Assembly (NCBI GenBank): GCA_964291675.2
Contig: OZ219866.1
Span: 3,264,001-3,328,000, forward strand
From: Alphaproteobacteria bacterium
GTDB lineage: Bacteria > Pseudomonadota > Alphaproteobacteria > MPNO01
Length of the DNA stretch: 64,000 bases
Reading direction: 5' to 3'
Shown here: positions 54,785 through 64,000 of the stretch, one piece after another
Position numbering within the stretch: position 1 is the stretch's first letter
How the letters are laid out: each line of letters starts with the position of its first letter
Translations under genes and position numbers: made by a program
The notes under the pieces: generated by a model
The model's input: the letters and a program-made list of their open reading frames with translations, nothing else
The model's database searches: none
What the model was told of the DNA's origin: nothing

Positions 54785-57118
54785 ATGGGGGAGTTCGCGA
54801 TCGGCCAGCCGGTATCGCGCCTGGAGGACCCGAGGCTGCTGAAGGGGCTCGGGCGCTATGTCGACGACCTCGACCTGCCCGGCCAGGCCTGTGCCTTCAT
54901 CCTGCGCTCGCCGCACGCCCATGCCCGGATCCGCGCCGTCGAGACGGGCGCGGCGGCGGCGATGCCGGGCGTGCTCGGCGTGCTGACCGGCGCCGATTGC
55001 GCGGCCGACGGGCTCGGCCACCTGCCCTGCGACCAGAAGCGGTTCCGCCGCGACGGCGGCGACATGTTCCGCCCGCCGCGACCGGTGCTGGCGCGCGACC
55101 GGGTCCGCGTGGTGGGCGACTATGTGGCGATGGTGGTCGCCGAGACCGCGGCGCTGGCGCGCGACGCCGCCGAGCGGATCGCGGTCGATTACGAGCCGCT
55201 GCCCGCGGTGGTCTCCCCCGCCGACGCGGCCGAGCCGGGCGCGCCGCTGCTCTGGGACGGCTGCCCCGGCAACGAGTGCTTCTATCACGAAGACGGCGAC
55301 GAAGCCGCGGTCGAGGCCGGCTTCGCTTCCGCCCACATCGTCGTCGAGCGCCGCTTCGTCATCAGCCGGGTGACCGCGGCCCCGCTCGGCCCGCGCGGCT
55401 GTCTCGGCGCCTACGACCCCTCGCAGGAGCGCTACACGCTCTATACCGGGGTTCAGCAGGCGCATTTGCTCCGCATGCATCTCGCGCGCACCGTCTTCGG
55501 CATCCCGGAGACGCGCATGCGCGTGATCGCGCCCGATATCGGCGGCAGCTTCGGGCTCTACAGCAACGTCTACCCGGAGAACGCGCTGGTGCTCTGGGCC
55601 GCGAAAAAGTTCGCCCGGCCGGTCAAATGGACCGCCGAGCGTGGCGAATGCATGGTGAGCGACGATTCGGCGCGCGACTGCGTCTCCGACGCCGCGCTGG
55701 CGCTCGACCGCGACGGGCGTTTCCTTGCGCTCCGCTGCCGGAGTTTCGCCAATCTCGGCGCCTATCTCTCGCTGCGCGGCCCGCTGCCGCCGGTGGTCAA
55801 TCTGGGGACGCTCGCCGGCACCTACACGACGCCGGCGATCCATGTCCGGGTCTCCGGCATGTTCACCAACACCTTCTGCACCTCGCCCTATCGCGGGGCG
55901 GGGCGGCCCGAGGCATCGACGGTGCTGGAGCAGCTGATCGACGAGGCGGCGCGGCGCCTGCGTCTCGATGCGGCCGAGATCCGCCGGCGCAACACCATCC
56001 CCGCCGCTGCCATGCCGTACAGGACCGCGCTCACCTTCACCTATGACAGCGGCGATTTCGAAAAGAACCTCGACGATGCGCTGGCTCTCGCCGACTACCC
56101 GGGCTTCGCGGCGCGGCGCGAAGAAGCCGCCGCGCGCGGCAAGCTGCGCGGCATCGGCATTTCCAACACCGTACACCGCGCCGCCGGGCTGGAGCTCGAG
56201 GCGGCGCAGATCCGCTTCGATGCCAGCGGCACGGCGACGTTGATGGTGGGCTCGGTCCATCACGGGCAGGGCCACGCGACCACCTTCACCCAGATCGCCT
56301 GCGACCGGCTGGGGCTGGATGCGGGCGCGGTGCGCTTCGTCTCGGGCGATACCGACATGGTGACCTTCGGGCGCGGCTCCTTCGCCTCGCGCTCGGCGGC
56401 GCTCGGCGGCTCGGCGGTAGCGCTCGCGGCCGACAAGATCGTCGGCAAGGGAAAGACGATCGCCGCCGCCCTGCTGGAAGCGTCGGAAGAGGATATCGAC
56501 TTCGCCGAGGGGACGTTCACGGTCGCCGGAACCGACCGTTCGGTCGGCATCGCCGACATTGCCCGGGCGGCCTATGCGCCGCACGGCCTGCCGCTCGACA
56601 TCGAGCCGGGGCTCGACGAGACGGCGATGTACCGCCCGGGCGCGCTCACCTTCCCCAATGGCTGCCATGTCGCCGAGATCGAGATCGACCCCGAGACCGG
56701 GGCGCTCGAGATCGTCGATTACGCGGTGGTCGACGATTTCGGCACCATCCTCAACCCCAAGCTGCTGGAGGGGCAGATCCACGGCGGGCTCGCCCAGGGC
56801 ATCGGCCAGGCGCTGATGGAGGACGTCGCCTTCGACGCGGCGACGGGCCAGCTTCTCGCCGGCTCGTTCATGGATTACTGCATGCCGCGGGCCGACGACC
56901 TGCCGTCCTGGGTCGCGGCGTTCAACGAGCTGCCGACGGCGGTCAACCCGGTCGGCGTGAAGGGGGCGGGCGAGGCCGGCGCGGTGGGTGCGCTGCCGGC
57001 CACGATGAACGCGGTGGTGGACGCGCTCGCGCCGCTCGGCGTCGAACACGTCCGGATGCCGGCGACGCCCGAGCGCATCTGGCGGGCGCTCCGCGCGGCG
57101 GCGGCTCAGAAGGCGTAG
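54785..57118 (+). CDS. Xanthine dehydrogenase family molybdopterin-binding subunit (CoxL form II-like)
   Basis: RSPHAHA, IGGSFG, PYRGAGRPE, HGQG, ASRS, GQIHGGLAQG, GVKGAGE. Confidence 0.93.
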   Translation: MGEFAIGQPVSRLEDPRLLKGLGRYVDDLDLPGQACAFILRSPHAHARIRAVETGAAAAMPGVLGVLTGADCAADGLGHLPCDQKRFRRDGGDMFRPPRPVLARDRVRVVGDYVAMVVAETAALARDAAERIAVDYEPLPAVVSPADAAEPGAPLLWDGCPGNECFYHEDGDEAAVEAGFASAHIVVERRFVISRVTAAPLGPRGCLGAYDPSQERYTLYTGVQQAHLLRMHLARTVFGIPETRMRVIAPDIGGSFGLYSNVYPENALVLWAAKKFARPVKWTAERGECMVSDDSARDCVSDAALALDRDGRFLALRCRSFANLGAYLSLRGPLPPVVNLGTLAGTYTTPAIHVRVSGMFTNTFCTSPYRGAGRPEASTVLEQLIDEAARRLRLDAAEIRRRNTIPAAAMPYRTALTFTYDSGDFEKNLDDALALADYPGFAARREEAAARGKLRGIGISNTVHRAAGLELEAAQIRFDASGTATLMVGSVHHGQGHATTFTQIACDRLGLDAGAVRFVSGDTDMVTFGRGSFASRSAALGGSAVALAADKIVGKGKTIAAALLEASEEDIDFAEGTFTVAGTDRSVGIADIARAAYAPHGLPLDIEPGLDETAMYRPGALTFPNGCHVAEIEIDPETGALEIVDYAVVDDFGTILNPKLLEGQIHGGLAQGIGQALMEDVAFDAATGQLLAGSFMDYCMPRADDLPSWVAAFNELPTAVNPVGVKGAGEAGAVGALPATMNAVVDALAPLGVEHVRMPATPERIWRALRAAAAQKA

Positions 57119-58014
57119 CGCCAGTTGGCGAGCAGGCTGAGCTCGGGCTCCGCCGCGGTGTCGTGGCCGGGCTGGCGGGTCCAGCCGGCGCCGATCCCGA
57201 GCTCGCCGCCGTTCGGCAGGGTGCGGCGCCAGCGCGCGGCGATGTCGATCTGCCGGCCGCCGGGCTCCAGCCCGGCCGACAGCGAGCGGCGCAGCACCCG
57301 CCCGTCCTCGGAGCGCCCGACGGGAAGCGACAGCCTGGCACGCCCGGCCTCGACGCGGAGCGGCTGCGCCGCCGAGAACCCGATGCGGTCGCCGTTCGCC
57401 AGCGTCCGCTCGGCGGAGAGCGCGAAGGCGCTGGTGGCGAGCGGCGAGACGGCTGCGATCATGCCGCCGCTTGCCTGCGCCCTGGCCGTGCCGAGCTCCG
57501 CGCCGGCGTCGAGCCGCCAGGCGCCCAGCGCCGCGCTCGCCTCGATGCCGGCGAAGGCGGCGTTGCCGGACAGCCGGCCGAAGGCGCCGGCGGCGGTGCT
57601 GCCGAGCATGGTTTGGCGTTCGCCCACCCATCCGCCGGTGAGACCCAGCCAGCCGCCATCCGGCCGCCACGACAGCGCGGCGCCGGAGGCCGGGCTGTGC
57701 CCGCGCATCCCTTCGCTCGAGAAGGCGGCGACGCGCAGCCCGCCCGGCTGCCCCGTGCCGAGGGCGAGGGCGCCGTCGGCGAGCGAGAGATGTCCGCCGC
57801 CGGTGCCGGGATCGGGCGCCCGCAGGACGCCGACGCTCAACCGGTCGCCGGCGGTCAGCGCGGCGAAGCGGTGGCGCAGCGGCCCGGGGTCCGGATCGGC
57901 CCGCCGGGGTGCCGCGAAGGCGCGCAGCCGCGCCAGGACCGGGCGGCCGGGGTCGGGGGCGGAGAGGGCGTCCAGGGGATACCAGAACGGCGCGCCCAGC
58001 GAATCGAAGGCCGC
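57084..58014. repeat. Direct repeat copy 1 (about 930 bp)
   Basis: Matches 59472-60402 (offset 2388) with only 2 substitutions seen. Confidence 0.9.
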
Positions 58015-59325
58015 GATCTCGTGGCCGGCGAAGGCTCGCGCCAGACCGGCGCCGATCGCCCCGCCCGGTGCCAACCGGGTGCGGACCAGGGCGTGGCCCG
58101 GGTCTCCGACCCGGTCGCCGCGCGCGATCGCGGCGATGCCGACCGGTGCCGTCGCGGCGTCGAGATCCATCAGGCCCTGGCCGTAGACGCTGCTGTCGGC
58201 GTAGATGCCCTTCTTGTTCGCCGTCGCCAGCAGCCGCGCGACCAGCGCCGAATTGGAGAGCTGGCTGCGGAAGACATCTTTCAGCACCGCCAGCCCGCCG
58301 GTCACGATCGGCGCGGCGAAGGAGGTGCCGTTGGCGCTGGCCGCGCCCCGGGCGCCCGGGCTCCCGTCGTTCCAGTCGGGCCCGAAATACGCCACGCGGA
58401 CCGCCACGCCCGGGGCCGCGATACACCAGTCGGAGGCGGCCCCGCAGCGATTGGAGAACGAGGCGATCCTGCCGTTCTGGCCGACCGCCACGACCGCGAC
58501 CAGATGCCCGCGCAGCTCGGGGAACCGCATCGGCAGGCCCGGCAGGACCTCGACCGACCTGGCGACGACGCGTCCGTCGACGCAGAGATCGGGGTTGCCG
58601 GTGAAATCCGCCGGGTCGCAGTCCTTGCCGTGGGCGTTGCCGGCGGCCCAGACGAAGACGGTCTTGTCGGTCGAACCGGCCTGCGCCAGCGCCCCGACTA
58701 CGGCCCCGTATCTGTCGCGGAGCTGCTGCTGCGAGTACTGCTCGATGAACCCGTGGGGGCCGAAGCTCATATTCGCAAAATCGATCGACCGGTCGCCTCT
58801 GGACCAGCCGGTCACCCGGTTGATCACCGACGCCAACGAAACGCGGCCGGCGCCGACGACCGCCCCATAGTTCGCTCCCGGCCTGCCCAGCGGGATCGCG
58901 AACATCGCTATATCGGCGCCCCGGGCGACGCCGCGCGGGGCGTTCACCTGCGCGGCGTAGAGGTCGCTCGGGTTTCCGGCCATCACGCTCGCCACCGCGG
59001 TGCCGTGCGATTCTTCCTCGCCCGTCTCGTCTGTCGCGTCGCCCAGCAGGGTTTCCGACACCGACTTGCCCGCGAAGACCGGGTGCTCGCTGTCGATGCC
59101 GCTGTCGACCACGCCCAGGGTCTGACCGCTGCCCGGCGCGGTTCTCGCGCCGTCCCGGGTTGCCAGCCGCTTATAGGCCCGATCCGCCTCGACGGTGCGC
59201 AGCCCCCACTGGTTGTAAACAGGCTCGTCGCCGATCTCTCCGCAGGCCGCCAGGAGCGCCCCCGCGGCGAGTGCCGAAAGCCATCCTCCGATATCCCGCA
59301 TCGGTCGACCGGTCGCGTTCGTCAT
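57106..59325 (-). CDS. S8 (subtilisin) serine protease lipoprotein with C-terminal beta-barrel-like domain, paralog 1
   Basis: Lipobox LAAC; VDSG, SHGTAVA, AAGN, NGTSFAAP; ends WRYAF. Confidence 0.9.
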   Translation of the reverse strand: MTNATGRPMRDIGGWLSALAAGALLAACGEIGDEPVYNQWGLRTVEADRAYKRLATRDGARTAPGSGQTLGVVDSGIDSEHPVFAGKSVSETLLGDATDETGEEESHGTAVASVMAGNPSDLYAAQVNAPRGVARGADIAMFAIPLGRPGANYGAVVGAGRVSLASVINRVTGWSRGDRSIDFANMSFGPHGFIEQYSQQQLRDRYGAVVGALAQAGSTDKTVFVWAAGNAHGKDCDPADFTGNPDLCVDGRVVARSVEVLPGLPMRFPELRGHLVAVVAVGQNGRIASFSNRCGAASDWCIAAPGVAVRVAYFGPDWNDGSPGARGAASANGTSFAAPIVTGGLAVLKDVFRSQLSNSALVARLLATANKKGIYADSSVYGQGLMDLDAATAPVGIAAIARGDRVGDPGHALVRTRLAPGGAIGAGLARAFAGHEIAAFDSLGAPFWYPLDALSAPDPGRPVLARLRAFAAPRRADPDPGPLRHRFAALTAGDRLSVGVLRAPDPGTGGGHLSLADGALALGTGQPGGLRVAAFSSEGMRGHSPASGAALSWRPDGGWLGLTGGWVGERQTMLGSTAAGAFGRLSGNAAFAGIEASAALGAWRLDAGAELGTARAQASGGMIAAVSPLATSAFALSAERTLANGDRIGFSAAQPLRVEAGRARLSLPVGRSEDGRVLRRSLSAGLEPGGRQIDIAARWRRTLPNGGELGIGAGWTRQPGHDTAAEPELSLLANWRYAF

Positions 59326-59471
59326 TCGGGCCGTCTCTCCACCGTTGGCACGCGGCCCGCGCACATGGAGGGGCCGCCGCAGGACAGAGTTGCCCGTCAG
59401 ACGAGATATCGAAACGGATATGACGACGCTGCGTCGTTATGTCCCGCAAGCGCAGGTGGAGCGTCGCGGCA

Positions 59472-60402
59472 GGGCGCTCCGCGCGGCGGCGGCTCAGAAG
59501 GCGTAGCGCCAGTTGGCGAGCAGGCTGAGCTCGGGCTCCGCCGCGGTGTCGTGGCCGGGCTGGCGGGTCCAGCCGGCGCCGATCCCGAACTCGTCGCCGT
59601 TCGGCAGGGTGCGGCGCCAGCGCGCGGCGATGTCGATCTGCCGGCCGCCGGGCTCCAGCCCGGCCGACAGCGAGCGGCGCAGCACCCGCCCGTCCTCGGA
59701 GCGCCCGACGGGAAGCGACAGCCTGGCACGCCCGGCCTCGACGCGGAGCGGCTGCGCCGCCGAGAACCCGATGCGGTCGCCGTTCGCCAGCGTCCGCTCG
59801 GCGGAGAGCGCGAAGGCGCTGGTGGCGAGCGGCGAGACGGCTGCGATCATGCCGCCGCTTGCCTGCGCCCTGGCCGTGCCGAGCTCCGCGCCGGCGTCGA
59901 GCCGCCAGGCGCCCAGCGCCGCGCTCGCCTCGATGCCGGCGAAGGCGGCGTTGCCGGACAGCCGGCCGAAGGCGCCGGCGGCGGTGCTGCCGAGCATGGT
60001 TTGGCGTTCGCCCACCCATCCGCCGGTGAGACCCAGCCAGCCGCCATCCGGCCGCCACGACAGCGCGGCGCCGGAGGCCGGGCTGTGCCCGCGCATCCCT
60101 TCGCTCGAGAAGGCGGCGACGCGCAGCCCGCCCGGCTGCCCCGTGCCGAGGGCGAGGGCGCCGTCGGCGAGCGAGAGATGTCCGCCGCCGGTGCCGGGAT
60201 CGGGCGCCCGCAGGACGCCGACGCTCAACCGGTCGCCGGCGGTCAGCGCGGCGAAGCGGTGGCGCAGCGGCCCGGGGTCCGGATCGGCCCGCCGGGGTGC
60301 CGCGAAGGCGCGCAGCCGCGCCAGGACCGGGCGGCCGGGGTCGGGGGCGGAGAGGGCGTCCAGGGGATACCAGAACGGCGCGCCCAGCGAATCGAAGGCC
60401 GC
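59472..60402. repeat. Direct repeat copy 2 (about 930 bp)
   Basis: Near-identical to 57084-58014, including 22 bp beyond the S8 stop codon. Confidence 0.9.
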
Positions 60403-61773
60403 AATCTCGTGACCGGCGAAGGTGCGGGCGAGCCCGTTCCCCAAGGGGCCGCCCGCCGTGAAACGCGTCCCGGAGAGGTTGCTGCCCCGGCCGCCGACCC
60501 GGTCGCCGCGGGCGACCATGGTGGTGCCGACCGGTGCCGTCGCGGCCTCCAGGTCCAACAGCCCCTGGCCGTAGACGCTGCTGTCGGCGTAGATGCCGCT
60601 CTTGTCCGCCGTCGCCAGCAGCCGCGAAACCAGCGCCGTATTGGGAAGCTGGTCGCGGAAGGCGTGCTTCATCACCGCCAGCCCGCCGGTCACTATCGGC
60701 GCGGCGTAGGAGGTGCCGTCGACGTCGGCCGCGCCCCGGATGCCCGGGGTCCCGTCATCTAGGTCGGGCCCGAAATAGGCCACGCGGACCCCCACCCCGG
60801 GCGCGGCGATGCACCAGTCGGCGGCGATGCCGCAGCGATTGGAGAACGGGGCGATCCGGCCGTCCCGGCCGATCGCCACGACGGCGATCACATGCCCGCG
60901 CAGCTCGGGGATCCGCACCGGCAGTCCCGCATCGATGTCGACCGACCTGGCGACGACCTTCTCGGCGACGCAGAGATCGGGGTTGCCGGTGAAATCCGCC
61001 GGGTCGCAGTCCCTGCCGTGGGCGTTGCCGGCGGCCCAGACGAAGACAGTCTTGTCGGTCGAACCGGCCTGTGCCAGCGCCGCGATCGAGGCGCCGAATA
61101 TGGCCCGGAGCTCTTGCTCCGAATACTGCTCGATGATGCCGTTTACGCCGAAGCTCATGTTCGTGAAATCGATGGTCCGGCCTCCGCCGGTCCAGCCGGT
61201 CACCGCGGTCGCCATCGACGCCCGACGATTGTCCGCGCTGCGCAGACCGGACAGCGAGATCGGGTTGTAGGACGGTCTGGGCCTGCCCAGTGGGATCGCG
61301 AACATCGCGATATCGGCGCCCCGGGCGACGCCGCGCGGCGCGTCCACCTCCGTGGCGATGGCATCGCTCGGGTTTCCGGCCATCACACTCGCGACCGCGG
61401 TGCCGTGCGAATATCGGTCGCCCGTCTCGTTGGTCGCGCTTCCCAGCAGAATCTCCGATACCGACTTGCCCGCGAATACCGGATGGTCTTCGTCGATGCC
61501 GGTATCGACCGCGCCGAGGGTCTGGCCGCTGCCGGGCGCGGTCGCGGCGCCGGGCAGGGCCTCCAGGCGGTTGTATGCCCGGTCCGCCCTGATCGTGCGC
61601 AGCCCCCACTGGTTGTGGAGGACCGCGCTCGCCGCCTCGTCGCCGTTCCCGCCGCCGCCGCCGCCGCAGCCAAAGAGGACCAAGGCGGCAAGCGCCGCGA
61701 TCCCCGCCCCCAGTCGTCGCCCGGTTCGACCGGATCGCGGACTGGCAGGCGCCATGCCGACGGAAGTATCCAT
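59494..61773 (-). CDS. S8 serine protease lipoprotein with C-terminal beta-barrel-like domain, paralog 2
   Basis: Lipobox LFGC plus poly-Gly; VDTG, SHGTAVA, AAGN, GTSYAAP; ends WRYAF; start may be 61755. Confidence 0.9.
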   Translation of the reverse strand: MDTSVGMAPASPRSGRTGRRLGAGIAALAALVLFGCGGGGGGNGDEAASAVLHNQWGLRTIRADRAYNRLEALPGAATAPGSGQTLGAVDTGIDEDHPVFAGKSVSEILLGSATNETGDRYSHGTAVASVMAGNPSDAIATEVDAPRGVARGADIAMFAIPLGRPRPSYNPISLSGLRSADNRRASMATAVTGWTGGGRTIDFTNMSFGVNGIIEQYSEQELRAIFGASIAALAQAGSTDKTVFVWAAGNAHGRDCDPADFTGNPDLCVAEKVVARSVDIDAGLPVRIPELRGHVIAVVAIGRDGRIAPFSNRCGIAADWCIAAPGVGVRVAYFGPDLDDGTPGIRGAADVDGTSYAAPIVTGGLAVMKHAFRDQLPNTALVSRLLATADKSGIYADSSVYGQGLLDLEAATAPVGTTMVARGDRVGGRGSNLSGTRFTAGGPLGNGLARTFAGHEIAAFDSLGAPFWYPLDALSAPDPGRPVLARLRAFAAPRRADPDPGPLRHRFAALTAGDRLSVGVLRAPDPGTGGGHLSLADGALALGTGQPGGLRVAAFSSEGMRGHSPASGAALSWRPDGGWLGLTGGWVGERQTMLGSTAAGAFGRLSGNAAFAGIEASAALGAWRLDAGAELGTARAQASGGMIAAVSPLATSAFALSAERTLANGDRIGFSAAQPLRVEAGRARLSLPVGRSEDGRVLRRSLSAGLEPGGRQIDIAARWRRTLPNGDEFGIGAGWTRQPGHDTAAEPELSLLANWRYAF

Positions 61774-61868
61774 TATACCATTTAATCATAGCTATTCGGA
61801 TATGTCACCTGCCGCACGGAGCGATCTCATCCGGCGCGCGACCGCCGACGCGAAAATTGCGCGACGGA

Positions 61869-64000
61869 TCAGAAGGCGTAGCGCCAGCCGGCGAGGAGGA
61901 CGAATTCGGAATCGGAAGCGGCGTCGTGGCCCGGCTGCCGGGTCCAGCCGGCGCCGATGCCGAGCTCGGCGCCGTCGGCGAGGGAGCGGCGCCACCGGGC
62001 GGCGATATCGATCTGCCGGCCGCTGGGCGCGAGACCGGCGGTGAGCCGCCGGCGCAGCACCGTTCCGTCGCGGGTGCGACCGACCGGAACCGCGAGACTT
62101 GCCCGCCCGGCCTCGATCCGAAGCGGCTGGGACAGCGAGAACCGCAGCCCGTCGCCGTTCGCCATGGCGGTTTCCGCTTCGACGGCGAAGGCGCTGGTGG
62201 CGAGCGGCGAGACGCGCGCGATCATGCCGCCCTGCGCCGCCGCCCTGACGGTGCCGAATTCGGCGCCGGCGCCGACCTGCCAGGCGCCGATGCGGGCCTT
62301 CCCCTCCACGCCGGCGAAGGCCGAGGCGCCGGACAGCCGGCCGAAGGCGCCGGCGGCGGCGCCGCCCAGCACGGTCTCGCGTTCCCCCACCCAGCCGCCG
62401 GTGACGCCCAGCCGGCCGCCGCCGGGCCGCCAGGAGAGCGCGGCGCCGGACGCCGGGTGCTGGCCGCGCACGCCCTCGGAGGAGAAGGCGAGGAGCCCGA
62501 GACCGCTCTCCGCCGCCGTGCCGAGGGCGAGGGCGGAGCCGGCGAGGGCGAGATGCCCGCCCTCCGCGCCGGACGGCGCCCGCATGACGCCGAGATGCAA
62601 CCGACCGCCGGCGGCGAGCGGGGCGAGGCGGGGGAAGAGCGGGCCGGCGCCGCCGTCTTCCCGAGGCGCCGTGAGGCCGCGCAGCCGCGCCAGGGCGGAG
62701 CGTTGCGGCGCGTCGCCGGCGAGGTCGCCGAGCGGCACCCAGAAGGGCGCGCCGAGCCGGTCGAAGGCGGCGATCTCGTGGCCGGCGAAGGCCCGCGCGA
62801 GCCCGTCCCCCATCGCGCCGCCGGGCACGAGCCGGGTTCCGGGCAGGCCGCTCGCCGGACCGTCGACCCGTTCGCCGAGCGCGAGCGCGGTTTCGCCGAC
62901 CGGTGCCGTCGCCGCGCCCAGATCCATCAGCCCCTGCCCGTAGACCTCGCGGTCGGCATAGATGCCGCTCTTGTCGGCGGTCGCCAGCAGCCGCGAGAGC
63001 AGCGTGGCGTTGGAGAGCTGGCCGCGGAAATGGTGTTTCATCACCGCCAGCCCGCCGGTCACCATCGGCGCGGCGAGGGAGGTGCCGCTGGGGCTGTAGG
63101 CGCCTCGCGCGCCCGGGCTGCCGTCGTCGGGATCGGGTCCGAAAAAGGCCGCGCGGACGGCCTGCCCGGGGGCGGCGATGCACCAGTCGGCGGCGATGCC
63201 GCAGCGGTTGGAGAAGGTGGCGATCTCGTAGTCGCCGTCGCCGTCGGCGTCGGGCGCGACCGCGACGACCGCGACCAGGTGACCCCGCAGCTCGGCGATG
63301 CGCGCCGGCAGGCCCGGCAGGATCTCGACCGACCTCGCGTTGACCACGCCGTTTACGCAGAGGTCGGGATTGCCGGTGAAATTGGCGGCGTCGCAGTCCC
63401 TGCCATGGCCGTTTCCGGCGGACCAGACGAAGACGGTCTTTTCGCCGGCGCCGGCCTGCGCCAGGGCGGCGATGGTATCGTCCAGCCCGTCGCGCAGCGC
63501 CTGTTCGCCGTATTGCTCGACGATACCCTCGTAGCCCACGCTGAGATTGACGAAGTCGAGGCTCCGGCCTCCGCTCGACCAGTTGAGCACATGGGCGAAC
63601 CTCGCCGCCCATTCGTCGTCCGCGCTGTCGGCTCCGCTCAGCGATACCGGCACGTATTCGCCGCCGGCCGATCCGGCAACGAGGGCGAACATCGCGATAT
63701 CGGCGCCCCGGGCGACGCCGCGCGCGGCGTCCACCGCCGCGGTGAACGCGGAGGAGGGCCGCCCGGCGATCACGCTGGCGACGGCGGTGCCGTGCGAGGG
63801 CTCGTCGCCGGTCTCGTCGGTCGCCCCGGCAAAGAAGTGCTCGGTCACCGTCTTGCCGGCGAACGCGTCGTGTCCGGTGTCGATGCCGGTGTCGATCAGC
63901 CCCACGGTGTGGCCGCTGCCCGGCTCGGTGCCGGCGCCATGCCCGAGCTCGAGTTGCGCATAGGCGCGGTGCGCGCGGATCGCGGTCAGCCCCCATTGGT
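61869..64000 (-). CDS. S8 serine protease with C-terminal beta-barrel-like domain, paralog 3 (5' end outside the window)
   Basis: Frame open to the edge (QWGLTAIRAHRAY...); IDTG, SHGTAVA, SAGN, GTSLAAP; ends WRYAF. Confidence 0.9.
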   Translation of the reverse strand, partial: QWGLTAIRAHRAYAQLELGHGAGTEPGSGHTVGLIDTGIDTGHDAFAGKTVTEHFFAGATDETGDEPSHGTAVASVIAGRPSSAFTAAVDAARGVARGADIAMFALVAGSAGGEYVPVSLSGADSADDEWAARFAHVLNWSSGGRSLDFVNLSVGYEGIVEQYGEQALRDGLDDTIAALAQAGAGEKTVFVWSAGNGHGRDCDAANFTGNPDLCVNGVVNARSVEILPGLPARIAELRGHLVAVVAVAPDADGDGDYEIATFSNRCGIAADWCIAAPGQAVRAAFFGPDPDDGSPGARGAYSPSGTSLAAPMVTGGLAVMKHHFRGQLSNATLLSRLLATADKSGIYADREVYGQGLMDLGAATAPVGETALALGERVDGPASGLPGTRLVPGGAMGDGLARAFAGHEIAAFDRLGAPFWVPLGDLAGDAPQRSALARLRGLTAPREDGGAGPLFPRLAPLAAGGRLHLGVMRAPSGAEGGHLALAGSALALGTAAESGLGLLAFSSEGVRGQHPASGAALSWRPGGGRLGVTGGWVGERETVLGGAAAGAFGRLSGASAFAGVEGKARIGAWQVGAGAEFGTVRAAAQGGMIARVSPLATSAFAVEAETAMANGDGLRFSLSQPLRIEAGRASLAVPVGRTRDGTVLRRRLTAGLAPSGRQIDIAARWRRSLADGAELGIGAGWTRQPGHDAASDSEFVLLAGWRYAF

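Noticed and set aside
54785-57118. Call as aerobic CO dehydrogenase coxL
   Set aside because: Lacks the form I AYRCSFR motif and has no coxS/coxM neighbours.
61650-61667. (GCC)n run in S8 paralog 2
   Set aside because: In-frame poly-Gly linker after the lipobox Cys; a triplet repeat cannot shift frame.

Overview
High-GC chromosomal region, probably from an alphaproteobacterium (inferred from the yqaA-dsbB-coq7 synteny, a TRAP transporter, a proteobacterial-type F420 operon and alphaproteobacterial-style palindromic repeats). The repeat adhesin, tandem subtilases and many TA modules would fit a host-associated lifestyle such as a sponge symbiont, but this is inference. The backbone is catabolic and redox genes: amidase, M20 and M24 hydrolases, three luciferase-like (LLM) oxidoreductases, a Rieske oxygenase alpha/beta pair, a P450, two CoxL-like molybdoenzyme subunits, a BisC/TorA-like reductase, an fbiC-npdG-cofE-cofD-cofC F420 operon, an opine dehydrogenase and MsrA. 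It also carries tRNA-Leu(CAA), a six-repeat autotransporter-like adhesin and three tandem S8 protease/beta-barrel genes. Five complete type II TA pairs, two orphan antitoxins and two lower-GC candidate defence loci are scattered through it, with no integrase, transposase or CRISPR array visible. Best novelty candidates: (1) a small YHGYP-motif putative nuclease paired with a catalytically degenerate ImmA/IrrE-like protein (32921-34770); (2) a Zn-ribbon NYN nuclease preceded by a highly structured ~100-nt leader RNA (49531-50320); (3) two adjacent FlK-type thioesterases with complementary halves of the active site (38518-39289); (4) an S8 array with a near-identical ~930-bp 3' tract; (5) several hydrolases with rewritten catalytic motifs. 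All calls come from reading motifs by eye; no searches were run, and several start codons were re-picked by hand.
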